Below, one piece after another: positions 37,719 to 47,563 of a stretch of DNA of 64,000 nt. The stretch spans positions 4,128,001 through 4,192,000 of the forward strand of contig CAWKDB010000010.1 of the NCBI GenBank assembly GCA_963848295.1, read 5' to 3'. The position numbers were made by a program, and so were the translations under genes. Under the pieces are notes generated by a model. That model had not been told where the DNA came from, did no database searches, and saw only the letters and a list, made by a program, of their open reading frames with translations. The DNA comes from an uncultured delta proteobacterium. GTDB lineage: Bacteria; Myxococcota_A; Polyangia; Haliangiales; Haliangiaceae. Within the stretch, counting starts at the first letter, position 1, and the number at the start of each line of letters is the position of its first letter.

Positions 37719-38911
37719 CACGTATCCGACCGAGCGACGAGGTAACCCGTATCTAACAGGAGTCCGATCACGTGCTCGATCAGGCGAACACGAACGCGCG
37801 GAAATCGCGTCCTGACGTCCTGTGTGGTGAAGCCGCGCCGGCGCGCCGCGATCCATTCGAGCGGACGGACGAGCTCGGCGCTGACGTCGAACACGTTGTT
37901 GGTCTCGAGCGAGCGGCGATGGATGCGCGTCGTGACCACGGCTCGACTGCCGAGCTCCTTCACGATGAGCGTGGCCAGCGGGTTGCGACGCGCTTCTACG
38001 TCAAGTCGTGGCTTGTCGACTCGCAGCTCGGGTGCGATCTCGTCGATCGTCAGGCCACGCACCTGGTCGGCGAGCCCGTCCAAGAGCCCGGTGAGCTCGC
38101 GCCGCGCCGCGTGCCTGAACGCGCGATTTGACCACGAGGCGGTCACGTTCTTGCGCCACTCCGGTTCGCAGCCGAGCCGCGCAGCAAGCGCGCCACCCAC
38201 GAACTCCGCCCACGACATCAGCTGGAACCCCACGAACGCGGAGAGCGAATCCTGTCCTGTCTCCGTCGCGTGCCAGTAGCCGCGGGGAATGTAGAGCACG
38301 TCTCCGGGCCGGAGGTCGACGACGTACGCGGGCTCGCGGATGGACTTCGGAAGGGTGCGGTGCGCGTGCAGCTGAAGCTCGGGAGGCACGACGTCTCCGG
38401 CGAACCAGTTCTCCATCGGGTTGATCACGTGGCGGTTCGGCGCGAGATGCCAGCGCTTGTGGCCGCGAAGCTGAATCGTGAAGTTCTCGAGCGCATCGAA
38501 GTGGTAGCTCGTGCCGGCCGACCGCCGGCTCGCGAACAGACTGAACTTCGTCTTGGTTTCGGGATGACCGAGCTCCAGCGCGAGTCGCGTTTGCCACTGA
38601 TTCAAGCGCTCGGTGCCGGCGTCCTTGAGGTAGAGCGTCAGTCCGGCGTCGTATAGCGCCAAGCTCTCGTCGGGCGAAGGTGGAGTCGTGATCTCCGAGC
38701 GCCGCTCGATCGTCTCGAACCACGCCTGGGTCTTATCGCCGTTTCTAGCGACGAGTTGTCGGACATCGAAATCGAGCAGCTCGCGTTCGAACAGCCGCAT
38801 CGTGCCGCGCGCTACCTTGCCGCGCGCGTGCGTGTGCCCCCAGTGCTTGGACGCAAATGTCTTCGCCGCTGCTCGCCCGACGAGCGATTCGACGATCGAC
38901 CCCCGCGACAT
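37718..38911 (-). CDS. JmjC/cupin-4 family 2-oxoglutarate/Fe(II) oxygenase
   Basis: HFDALENFTIQLRGHKRW (HxD) and LRPGDVLYIPRGYWH; C-terminal winged helix; start ATG at 38911. Confidence 0.9.
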   Translation of the reverse strand: MSRGSIVESLVGRAAAKTFASKHWGHTHARGKVARGTMRLFERELLDFDVRQLVARNGDKTQAWFETIERRSEITTPPSPDESLALYDAGLTLYLKDAGTERLNQWQTRLALELGHPETKTKFSLFASRRSAGTSYHFDALENFTIQLRGHKRWHLAPNRHVINPMENWFAGDVVPPELQLHAHRTLPKSIREPAYVVDLRPGDVLYIPRGYWHATETGQDSLSAFVGFQLMSWAEFVGGALAARLGCEPEWRKNVTASWSNRAFRHAARRELTGLLDGLADQVRGLTIDEIAPELRVDKPRLDVEARRNPLATLIVKELGSRAVVTTRIHRRSLETNNVFDVSAELVRPLEWIAARRRGFTTQDVRTRFPRVRVRLIEHVIGLLLDTGYLVARSDT

Positions 38912-38997
38912 CACAGTAACGTACCCGATCTGATGTGCGGGGGATCCCCAGCGCCTCAGGTCGATCCGCATCTTGTGCGCCCGGACGCGATGCTGGC

Positions 38998-39915
38998 TCA
39001 CATGGCGCTCGAGATCGCGCCGTCCTTGGCCTTGCCGTTCGCGGCGAGCGCCGCGGTCATCGTGGTGACCTCTGCGAGCCCGCCGAGTTGCATGGTCTCG
39101 AGAGCGCTGCTCGGCACGAGCACGATCGTCGCGTTCTGCTTGAGGCCCTCGTACAACATGTTCATCGCGCGCAAGTGCAGCGCGACCGGATCGTGCGCGT
39201 ACGTCTTCGCCGCCTCGCCGAACTTCTCGGCGACCTGGCGCTCCGAGTCGCCGAGGATCACGCGGGCCTGGCGCTCGCGCTCGGCTTGGGCCTGCATCGA
39301 CATCGCGTTCTCGAGAGATGCCGGGATGAGGACGTCGCGAACTTCGACCGAGATCACGTTGACGCCCCATGGCTCGGTGCGCTGATCGATGACCTTCTGG
39401 AGCTGCGCGCTGATCTTGTCTCGGCCCTCGAGCATCTCGGCGAGCATGGTCTTGCCGATGATGTCGCGAAGCGCGGTCTGCGACGCCCAGCTGATCGCAC
39501 TGGAATAATCGGCGACGGCGAGCGCGGCCTTCTCCGGATCGATCACCTTCCAGAACAGCACGGCATCGACATCGACAGGCACCGTATCCTTGGTCAGCGT
39601 CTTCTCCGCTTTGAACCCGGTGGTGATCACGCGGGTATCGAGCCAGTAGGCGACGGCATCGACGATCGGGATGATGAAGAACACGCCCGGTCCGTACAAC
39701 GCTCGAAACCGACCGAGACGCAAGACCACCGCGCGATCCCACGCGGCCGCGACCTTGACCGAGAGCGCGATGATCCCGCCGATCACGAACGCCAGGCACG
39801 CGACGGCGACCGCGGCGGCTGGATGGACAGGGTCATAGACCGCGCCCGCCAGCGCCACACCTGCGGCGAGGATCAAGACGAACAACAGCGATGGAAACGC
39901 ACTGGTTCTGATCAT
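38998..39915 (-). CDS. SPFH/band-7 (stomatin/slipin) family protein
   Basis: RAVVLRLGRF...GPGVFFIIP, LTKDTVPVDVDAV, SQTALRDIIG, QAQAERERQAR. Confidence 0.92.
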   Translation of the reverse strand: MIRTSAFPSLLFVLILAAGVALAGAVYDPVHPAAAVAVACLAFVIGGIIALSVKVAAAWDRAVVLRLGRFRALYGPGVFFIIPIVDAVAYWLDTRVITTGFKAEKTLTKDTVPVDVDAVLFWKVIDPEKAALAVADYSSAISWASQTALRDIIGKTMLAEMLEGRDKISAQLQKVIDQRTEPWGVNVISVEVRDVLIPASLENAMSMQAQAERERQARVILGDSERQVAEKFGEAAKTYAHDPVALHLRAMNMLYEGLKQNATIVLVPSSALETMQLGGLAEVTTMTAALAANGKAKDGAISSAM

Positions 39916-40205
39916 TTGTCTGGTCGTGTATGCAAGGTCGAGACTCGGGACACATTCGCGCGGGTTGCGCCGATCGACGACCAAGCTCGGGCGCAACGCG
40001 CTGCACAGCACACCGAGCGCGAACGCAACAACATCGGCGGACTCACTTGCCGAGCTGATCGGTCTCGTTCGTTGCAGGCGGCGACCTGGTGTGGCGTCTC
40101 GAAGATCGGTACCGGTCGCGTAGACCATCGCGTCGGTTTCACCCCGCTTGTCGCCACGCGGTCACGATCGAGCGGGGCGCGCGGGGAGTTTCGTGCGCTT
40201 GGCGG

Positions 40206-40221
40206 TGGCATGTGCGCTGCA
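40206..40221 (+). promoter_or_regulatory. Putative sigma54 promoter
   Basis: tGGcatgtgcgctGCa, 15 nt before ATG 40235. Confidence 0.55.
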
Positions 40222-40234
40222 CGTCGCGGCGACG

Positions 40235-41104
40235 ATGCGAAACCTCGCCGCTCTAGTCATTGTTACAGCATGTAACTCGTCGACCAATCCCGGCGCGCCC
40301 GTCGACGCGCATCCCGACTCCCACGCGCATGCAGATGCCCGCGAGCCGGCTGACGGTCCGCGCACGATCGACGCGTCGATCATGATCGACGCGCCGTTCA
40401 GCTCCACCGAAGTCGGCTTTGCGGTCGTCACGATGAACGACGCGACCGACTTCAACGACCTCACGATCAATGCGGCTGTCGGGTTCGGCCAGGAACATGA
40501 GAACGCCTGCCAGGGCACGGCGATCAACGGCTGCTGCGTGATCTCGACGATCGGGTTCGCGATTGTCGGCGCGTCGATCGGCCCGATCGAGATCGACGAC
40601 GGAGCCGCGCTCGCGACGCTGCAACCGCTAGACAGCTATCCGACGTACTTCTCCGAATCGGGCCGGAGGTGGACCGCCGGCGACAGCGTCGCGGTGTGGG
40701 CGCCGGGCGGCAGCCTCTCGGCGTTCAGCGACACGATCCCCGCGCCCGGACCGGTGACCGGGCTCGTGCCGCCGATTCCGGTTGGCAACCCGACGTTCGA
40801 TCAGTCGGTGGCTCAGAACCTCACGATCCGATGGACTCCCGACGCTTATTCGGCCGACTTCACGATCCAGATCAGCTCGGGCGGCAGCAACATCGTCGAG
40901 TGTCACGAGCCGCAGGCGCAGGGCAGCGTCGTCGTCGATCACTCGCTCTATAGCGGTGCCGGCCTGCTCGCGGGCCGGATGGCATCGGTGACGGCGATAA
41001 ACAGTACGACGCACACACTCGCGCTCTCCGGCTCGAGCTCGCCGGTCACGATCTCCGCGCAGTCGCAGATCGGCGGCAACGAGACGATCAACTTCGTGCC
41101 GTGA
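40235..41104 (+). CDS. Hypothetical lipoprotein
   Basis: Lipobox VTAC; DA-rich linker; Ig-like beta-rich C-terminus. Confidence 0.7.
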   Translation: MRNLAALVIVTACNSSTNPGAPVDAHPDSHAHADAREPADGPRTIDASIMIDAPFSSTEVGFAVVTMNDATDFNDLTINAAVGFGQEHENACQGTAINGCCVISTIGFAIVGASIGPIEIDDGAALATLQPLDSYPTYFSESGRRWTAGDSVAVWAPGGSLSAFSDTIPAPGPVTGLVPPIPVGNPTFDQSVAQNLTIRWTPDAYSADFTIQISSGGSNIVECHEPQAQGSVVVDHSLYSGAGLLAGRMASVTAINSTTHTLALSGSSSPVTISAQSQIGGNETINFVP

Positions 41105-41186
41105 TGTGCAAGCGCGGCGCACCCATCGCTCGCGCGGCGGTTGACGAATCGCATCGCCGCGTATCCATCGTGATACCCTGGAGGTG

Positions 41187-42434
41187 ATGCGGGTATGGTG
41201 CGCCACGCTGGCGCTGACCGTCGGTTGCTACCACCCCGTCGTGGCGTTCGACGTGCCGTGTTCCTCGACCGGCCTATGCCCGGGTGATCAAGTCTGCGAC
41301 CAGAGCCAAGCGCCGCCGACCTGCGTCGCGGCGATCAGCGACGCCCGACGACTGAGTGATCGCAGCGGCGACGGCCCGGTCAAGCCACCGGCGTGCCCGG
41401 ACCTCCGGTTCTCGACCGTGCAGCTCCACGCGGCGGGCGCGGCGCCGCGCGCGGTCGCGATCGGCGACATCGACGGCGATGGGGTCAACGACGTGATCGT
41501 CACGAACGGCAACGCGACGACCGCGAGCGTGTTGTTCGGCAACGGCGACGGGACGTTCCAGAGCCAGATCACCGCGCCCACCGGCAACGCGCCGTACTCG
41601 GTCGCGGTCGGCGACCTCGATGGTGACGGCCGCGCCGACCTCGTCGTGGGCAACTACTCCGACAACACCGTGACCGTCGATCTCAGTGCGGGGCGGTCGT
41701 TCGTCCCGAAGGTCAACTACTCGACCGGAACGAACCCACAGTCGGTCGCGATCGGGGATGTCGACGGCGACGGCCGGCCCGACATCGTCGTCTCGAACTA
41801 CGGCGCCGGCACGATCACCGTGCTGCACAACACCGGCGGCGGCAAGTTCGTGGGAGCATCAGGCTTGCCGCCGGCGACCGGCGCGATGCCGTACCAGGTC
41901 GCGATCGGCGACGTCGACGGCGATGGAACGCCGGATCTCGTGTCCGCCGACACGGGAGGCTTGTCGGCGAGCGTGCTGCGCGGTCAAGGCACCGGCGCGT
42001 TCGCGGCCCCGGTCGAGTTCTCTGCGGGTATGCAGCCGTGGTCGGTCGGGCTGGGCGATGTCGATGGCGATGGCCGCGCCGACGTCGCGATCGCGGATAA
42101 CTTCGGCGACTCGACCGTGACCGTGTTGTTCGGGGCGTACCCGTCGTGGAAAACCACCGTCGTCCCGAGCGGCGCCGAGCCGTGGTGGGTCGACGTCGTC
42201 GATATGAACGGCGACGGCAACGGCGATCTCGTCGTCGCCGAGGCGATGGACGACGGGATCGATCTGGTCGTCGGCAACGGCGATGGCACGTTCGCCGCCC
42301 GCCAGACGTTCTCGACTTGCGCGGCACCACTCGAGCTCGCGGTCGGCGATCTCGACGGGGACGGCCGGCCCGACATCGCGGTGGCGTGCTCGACGAGCGA
42401 CGCTGTCGGCATCCTGTTCGCGGTGTGCCCGTAG
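41187..42434 (+). CDS. FG-GAP/VCBS-repeat lipoprotein
   Basis: Lipobox TVGC; seven AxGDxDGDGxxD-type repeats (beta-propeller). Confidence 0.9.
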   Translation: MRVWCATLALTVGCYHPVVAFDVPCSSTGLCPGDQVCDQSQAPPTCVAAISDARRLSDRSGDGPVKPPACPDLRFSTVQLHAAGAAPRAVAIGDIDGDGVNDVIVTNGNATTASVLFGNGDGTFQSQITAPTGNAPYSVAVGDLDGDGRADLVVGNYSDNTVTVDLSAGRSFVPKVNYSTGTNPQSVAIGDVDGDGRPDIVVSNYGAGTITVLHNTGGGKFVGASGLPPATGAMPYQVAIGDVDGDGTPDLVSADTGGLSASVLRGQGTGAFAAPVEFSAGMQPWSVGLGDVDGDGRADVAIADNFGDSTVTVLFGAYPSWKTTVVPSGAEPWWVDVVDMNGDGNGDLVVAEAMDDGIDLVVGNGDGTFAARQTFSTCAAPLELAVGDLDGDGRPDIAVACSTSDAVGILFAVCP

Positions 42435-42484
42435 AGTGCGGTGCGGTGATGGCCCTGCGTTGGCCGACCAGTTATGATCCGGCC

Positions 42485-43366
42485 ATGCATCGCCTCGCGA
42501 TCGTCTTCGTGATCGTGCTCGCCAGTCCCGCGCGCGCGGACGGCGTGTTCGACGTGTGCAAGGGCGAATCGAAGACCGTGGTCCCGGGCACCGGGCAGAT
42601 GTCGATCGCGGTCATCTACCCCGACGACTTTCCGGGGCGCACGACGCGCCAGGTGCTCTATCCGATCGGCGCGCGTCTCGCGGTCGCGGAGCATGCCAAG
42701 ATCCTGCTCGGCGCGGAGGTCGACGCCGCGCTCGAGCTGGTCGCCGAGCGCCATTGGAGCGCCGCCGGCAACGCGTGCAGCACGGCGCCGTCGCTCGAGG
42801 CGGTGCTGGGTCAGAAGCACTCCAACCTCTCGACCGCGCGGGCGTCGATCGCGTGCGACGCCGCGGGCGCGTGCGAGCTCCATCTCGATCTCGAGCGCCA
42901 CGGCCGGCCGTCCGCCGAGCGCTTCGTGCGCTACGCGGCGCCGCTCGTCGGTAGCAAGGACAGCCTCGCGGCGATCGCCGCGGCGGCTCCGAAGCTCGTC
43001 GCGAAGGGCCCGCCGCCGGACGCGCCGAAGGCCGGCCTCGCGGTCGCCGAGCTGGCGCCGGGGATCGTGACCGCGCGCAGCGACGCCGACGGCGCGCTCG
43101 AGCTCGATCGCGCGATGGACGCGAGCCCCGCGTTCGCCGCGTGTGCTCCGAAGGGCCGCAAGCCGCATGACGTTCGCGGTTACTGGGCGGAGTGGAAGCT
43201 GTCCGCACTCGGCACCGCGATGGAGGTGTTCGTCAAGCCGTTCGGCGGTGTCGACCCGGCCGACGCGCGAGCCGCGGACTGCTTGCGCAAGGCGCTGCAG
43301 CACATCCAGCTCACCTGTCCACGCGACGGCAAGGTAGCGGCCGTGCGCACCGCGATCTGCCTGTAG
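42485..43366 (+). CDS. Secreted hypothetical protein
   Basis: Signal peptide ending PARA; paired Cys; C-terminus resembles AgmX/PglI-type domains (weak). Confidence 0.7.
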   Translation: MHRLAIVFVIVLASPARADGVFDVCKGESKTVVPGTGQMSIAVIYPDDFPGRTTRQVLYPIGARLAVAEHAKILLGAEVDAALELVAERHWSAAGNACSTAPSLEAVLGQKHSNLSTARASIACDAAGACELHLDLERHGRPSAERFVRYAAPLVGSKDSLAAIAAAAPKLVAKGPPPDAPKAGLAVAELAPGIVTARSDADGALELDRAMDASPAFAACAPKGRKPHDVRGYWAEWKLSALGTAMEVFVKPFGGVDPADARAADCLRKALQHIQLTCPRDGKVAAVRTAICL

Positions 43367-43375
43367 CGCCGCGCG

Positions 43376-44059
43376 TCACGGCGTCGTCGCGATCACCGTC
43401 GTTCGTTGCTGGGCCGCCGTGATCGACCCGCCCTGGCCATAGGCCTGATCGAGCGAACCGGTGCGAGTGCGCGTCATCGTCAGCGACAGCTGGCAGGCCT
43501 CGGTCGTCGAGCTCAGCGCGTTGGCGTCGAGCGTCGCCGAGCCGGTGTCGGCGAGCGGGCCGAGCTTCGCGTCACCACAGCCGTCGAACTGCAGCGCGAT
43601 CGCGTCGGACGATCCCGACGGCGTCCAGGTGATCGTCAACGGCTGCGCCCGCGACGTCGTGGCCGGCGCGGTCAGGTCGAACGGATCCGGCAGGGTGACG
43701 GTCGAGCTCGCGCTGTCGCCCGACGCGCGGTCGAGCACCGTGGTGAAGCTCTGGCCCGGCGCCGCGGTCGCGAACGACGCGGCATAGCGATACTCCGCGA
43801 CGAGATAAGCCTCTTGCATCGCGACCGAGTCGCCGGCCGACGTCGCGGTGAGTTGGTCACCGTCGACGAGCTGGATCGAGTCCTCGTTGAGCGGCGGCGC
43901 CCCGTCCGGGTGGTTCCACAGCCACGCGTAGACGTCGGCGGTTCCCGAACCATCGGCGACCACGGTGATGTCTGCTTGAAGCTCGCTCATCGGCACGGTG
44001 TCGGAGTCGGCCAGGTTGCAGGCGGGGACGACGAGCAGCACGAGGAACAAACGCGTCAT
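43376..44059 (-). CDS. Hypothetical lipoprotein
   Basis: Lipobox VPAC; beta-rich; similar in layout to 40235-41104. Confidence 0.75.
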   Translation of the reverse strand: MTRLFLVLLVVPACNLADSDTVPMSELQADITVVADGSGTADVYAWLWNHPDGAPPLNEDSIQLVDGDQLTATSAGDSVAMQEAYLVAEYRYAASFATAAPGQSFTTVLDRASGDSASSTVTLPDPFDLTAPATTSRAQPLTITWTPSGSSDAIALQFDGCGDAKLGPLADTGSATLDANALSSTTEACQLSLTMTRTRTGSLDQAYGQGGSITAAQQRTTVIATTP

Positions 44060-44131
44060 GCGTGAGTGAGTGGCGCGAGCGCGCCGGGATTATCAAGAAT
44101 TCTTGCGACCCCCGCGATGGTAGATACGGGG

Positions 44132-45055
44132 ATGCTCGCACTGGTGCTCGCGACCGCGGCGCAGCTCGGCCATCACGCAGCGCTGCGCTGGTCCGTGCGC
44201 GACGATGCCGGGACGTGCATCGCCGCCGACGAGCTCGCGGCGGCCGTGAGCGCGCGCCTCGGAGGCTTCGAGCCGAGCACGGCGCAGCCGATCCGGCTCA
44301 CGATCGACGGCGAGATCGCGCCACGCGCCGGCGGCAACGGCTGGCGCGCGACGATCGACACCCGCGACGAGCGCGGCGCGCTGATCGGTCATCGCGAGCT
44401 CGACGACAAGGCCGCCGACTGTCGCGCGATCGACGACGAGCTCGTGCTCGTGCTCGCGCTGATCATCGATCCCGACTTGCTCGACCGGCCCTCACCCGCA
44501 CCGCCGCCGAAACCGCTCCCCGTGGTGTCACCCAGCACGCGTGCGCCGCACCAGCGGTGGCAGCTCGCCGCGCGCGCGGCCGGCTTCGTGACCTGGGGGC
44601 TGCTGCCCGGCATCGCCGCGGGCACGACGGTGGGCGCCTCGCTCGAGGCTGGCCCGTGGTCGATCGAGGTCTCCGGATCACTGTTGCCATACGATCGCGC
44701 GTTCGCCACGCCCGGCGGAGCGAAGCTCACGCAGTGGACCGCCGGCGCAGCGCTGTGTCCGCACCTCACGAGCTGGGCGTCGCTGTGCGGCGGCGTGCAG
44801 GCGGGCGAGATCATCGCGACCGGCTTCGGGTTTGACGTCGACGAGCACCGCCGCGATCCGATCGCGGATGCCACCGCCGAGCTCCGGCTCGAGTGGCGCG
44901 TGACCCGCGCGATCGGGATCGTGCTCGGTGCTGGTGCGTGGATCCCGCTGTTGCGCCCTCGCTTCGTGTTCGCGCAGGACGGCGTCGAGGTCCCGGTGTA
45001 TCAACCGGCTTCGGTCGCGGCCGTGACCCAGGTCGCTCTGCAGCTGCGCTTTTGA
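44132..45055 (+). CDS. Exported protein with C-terminal beta-barrel, upstream partner of the ECF sigma factor
   Basis: N-terminal Cys-containing domain, Pro linker, beta strands, C-terminal Phe (LQLRF). Confidence 0.7.
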   Translation: MLALVLATAAQLGHHAALRWSVRDDAGTCIAADELAAAVSARLGGFEPSTAQPIRLTIDGEIAPRAGGNGWRATIDTRDERGALIGHRELDDKAADCRAIDDELVLVLALIIDPDLLDRPSPAPPPKPLPVVSPSTRAPHQRWQLAARAAGFVTWGLLPGIAAGTTVGASLEAGPWSIEVSGSLLPYDRAFATPGGAKLTQWTAGAALCPHLTSWASLCGGVQAGEIIATGFGFDVDEHRRDPIADATAELRLEWRVTRAIGIVLGAGAWIPLLRPRFVFAQDGVEVPVYQPASVAAVTQVALQLRF

Positions 45056-45083
45056 TCATAAAACGTCGCGTCTCCCTACACTC

Positions 45084-45647
45084 ATGGAACGAGCCTTGGA
45101 ACCGAACTCGATCTCCACCGAGCACCCCGCCGCGACCGGGGCGGACGCGCTCGGGTTCGCGGCCGTCTACGATGCCCACGCGCGGTTCGTCTGGCGCGTG
45201 CTCGCGCGGCTCGGCGTGGCGCGCGAAGACGTCGAGGACGTCAGCCAGGAGGTGTTCATCGTGGTGCATCGCCGGCTTGCCGACTTCGAAGGCCGATCGT
45301 CCCTGCGCACGTGGATCTATGGCATCGCGCAGCGCTGCGCGTCGGAGTACCGGCGGCGCCGCGCGCGGCCGGCCGGCGAGCCAGCCGACGAGCTCGCGAT
45401 CGATCCCGCCCAGGTCGCGCAGCTCGCCATGCGCGATGCGCGTGCGCTGCTCGATCGCTTGCTCGACTTGCTCGACGCCGACAAGCGCGAAGTCTTCGTG
45501 CTATTCGAGCTCGAGGATCTGTCGATGGCGGAGGTCGTTGCGATCGTCGGTTGTCCACTGCAGACGGGCTATTCGCGCTTGCACGCCGCGCGCGCGGTGT
45601 TGGCGGCGGCGGCGACACGGATTCATGGCGAGGAGCGCCGATCATGA
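45084..45647 (+). CDS. ECF RNA polymerase sigma factor
   Basis: VEDVSQEVF...FEGRSSLRTWIYGIA (region 2); REVFVLFELEDLSMAEV...SRLHAAR (region 4). Confidence 0.92.
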   Translation: MERALEPNSISTEHPAATGADALGFAAVYDAHARFVWRVLARLGVAREDVEDVSQEVFIVVHRRLADFEGRSSLRTWIYGIAQRCASEYRRRRARPAGEPADELAIDPAQVAQLAMRDARALLDRLLDLLDADKREVFVLFELEDLSMAEVVAIVGCPLQTGYSRLHAARAVLAAAATRIHGEERRS

Positions 45648-46426
45648 GCGAGCACGATGAAGTGACGCCGTGGTCGGCGGACGCCGAGGCTCCGGCGTCG
45701 ATGCGCGCGCTGTTGCGCGCGGTCGCCGACGACGGCCCGACTCCGGAGGAGCTCGCGAGCCTGCGCCGCCGCGTCGCTCCGCTGCTCGCCTCGCCGCACG
45801 TGCCGGCGCCGGCCGGGCGCGTGCCCTTGGCCGTGGTCGGCGCGATCGTCGTCGGTCTTGCCGGCTACGCGCTGCACCGATGGTACGCCGCGTCGGACGA
45901 CACGCGCGCGCATGACGACGTCGCGTCCGTGCCGTCACCGCCGGCCGCGCCCATGCCGGCCGTACTGCCACCGGCCGCACCGACACCGCCGGCCGCACCG
46001 ACATCGCCGGCTGCGACGCTGCCTGCCGTATCGCCACCCGCGCGGTCGCCGACGCACGTGCCGTCACGTCCGCTGCCGCCGACGATCGCACCGGCCGCCG
46101 TGCCACACGCAGCGCCGCGTGCGATCACACCGCCTGCGATCACGCCGCCCTCGGCGCCGTCGGAAGTCGAGATGCTCGAGCAGGCGCGCGCGTTACTCCG
46201 CGACGGTGATGCCGAACGCGCGCTCGCCAGCACGGCGGAGCACGAACGTCTGTTCCCAGACGGCTCGCTCGTCGAGGAGCGCGAAGCGCTCGCGATCGAA
46301 GCGCTCGTCAAGCTCGGTCGCCTAGGCGACGCGCGCACCCGGTGGTCAAAGTTTGCCACCGCATATCCGCGTTCGAACTATCGCGCGCGCTTGCAGCACC
46401 TGATGGAGCCTCAAGCCTCGCCGTGA
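45644..46426 (+). CDS. Putative anti-sigma factor: TM helix, Pro-rich linker, TPR-like C-terminus
   Basis: ATGA overlap with the sigma gene; EVEMLEQARALL...FPDGSLVEEREALAIEAL...YPRS. Confidence 0.75.
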   Translation: MSEHDEVTPWSADAEAPASMRALLRAVADDGPTPEELASLRRRVAPLLASPHVPAPAGRVPLAVVGAIVVGLAGYALHRWYAASDDTRAHDDVASVPSPPAAPMPAVLPPAAPTPPAAPTSPAATLPAVSPPARSPTHVPSRPLPPTIAPAAVPHAAPRAITPPAITPPSAPSEVEMLEQARALLRDGDAERALASTAEHERLFPDGSLVEEREALAIEALVKLGRLGDARTRWSKFATAYPRSNYRARLQHLMEPQASP

Positions 46427-46472
46427 TGCGTTCGGATCATAATCGCGGTGCGGCACCGCCACTCACACCGAC

Positions 46473-46928
46473 ATGAAGCACGCATGGTTCCTGGTGATGA
46501 TCGGATGCTTCGGCTGCCAATCGGTGTCCGAGGTCGGAATGCAGCACGAATCGGTGAACGGACCCGACGCGGGCTCGGCGAGCAGTGCCGGGCTGGTCGC
46601 ATGCGGCGCAGCAGAGTGCGAGCTCGCGCAGGACCAGGCGTGCTGCCTGGGGGTCGCTAGTGGCGACGTCGAATGCAGCGCGATGGCGTGCGCGGCCGGG
46701 TCGTCGACGTTGAGCTGCGATGGCCCCGAAGACTGCAATGGCGGTGCGTGTTGCGGCAACCTCACGCAGGGCTACGCCTGCACCGCGGACTCGTCATGCA
46801 GCGCCGGGCTGCAGCTGTGCCATAGCGATGCGGACTGCCCGGGCGCGCAGCCCACGTGCTGCTCGTTCTCGTACGGCGACGAGGACCTACGCGGGTGCAC
46901 GACCGCGCCGCAGGGCAGCTGCTCGTGA
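46473..46928 (+). CDS. Cys-rich lipoprotein
   Basis: Lipobox CFGC; CDGPEDC..G.CC motif. Confidence 0.75.
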   Translation: MKHAWFLVMIGCFGCQSVSEVGMQHESVNGPDAGSASSAGLVACGAAECELAQDQACCLGVASGDVECSAMACAAGSSTLSCDGPEDCNGGACCGNLTQGYACTADSSCSAGLQLCHSDADCPGAQPTCCSFSYGDEDLRGCTTAPQGSCS

Positions 46929-46945
46929 GCGGAAGACGGCACCGC

Positions 46946-47272
46946 ATGCGCTCGTTCTGTCTGGCCATCTTCACCACCGCGCTCTTCGCATGTGCCGACA
47001 ACACGCACGACTCGCGCGACCTGTCACGCCAATGTAGCATCGCTGTGGATCCATCCGGGCCGTGTGGTTCCGACGGTACGTGTGGCTCGGGGGCGGCATG
47101 CATCTCCGGCTATTGCTTCGCTTGCGACGACGGCGATTGTTCGGGGTGCCCGATGACGTGCGAGCGTTCGCAAGATCCGATCGGCCAGTGCAACGCGAAC
47201 ATCGACTGCACCGGCGGCGGAACCTGCATCAACGGCAATTGCTTCGGGTGCGGCGCGGCATCCGAACCATGA
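46946..47272 (+). CDS. Cys-rich lipoprotein
   Basis: Lipobox LFAC; two C-x4/5-C-x5-CIxGxCF units. Confidence 0.7.
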   Translation: MRSFCLAIFTTALFACADNTHDSRDLSRQCSIAVDPSGPCGSDGTCGSGAACISGYCFACDDGDCSGCPMTCERSQDPIGQCNANIDCTGGGTCINGNCFGCGAASEP

Positions 47273-47563
47273 TCTACCGCGCGCGCGTGCAGCGACTGAT
47301 CGACTCCAGATCGCCGATGAGCAATTTCTTGATAATGGATGGGAACGACCGCCACTCACCGAGTCTGACTGCGGGGCCGGCGAGTGCTGCGTGCCGTCCA
47401 CGTACGAAGGTGTCTCCTTCGCGGCATGCGGCTCGGCACCTGGTTGTTAGCCGAGGATCGATTCGTTGATCGCGTCTGCACCGATCGTCAACCGCCGCGC
47501 CGTGCCGCGCGGTGCCATGTCCGCGGATCGATCGTGACCACGCGCGCGCTACTCTCGTGGCAG

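Noticed and set aside
38967..38982. sigma54 motif upstream of the JmjC gene (gGGcgcacaagatGCg, minus strand)
   Set aside because: Spacing fits but the match is weak and it lacks the start-codon distance seen at the other sites; not listed as a feature.
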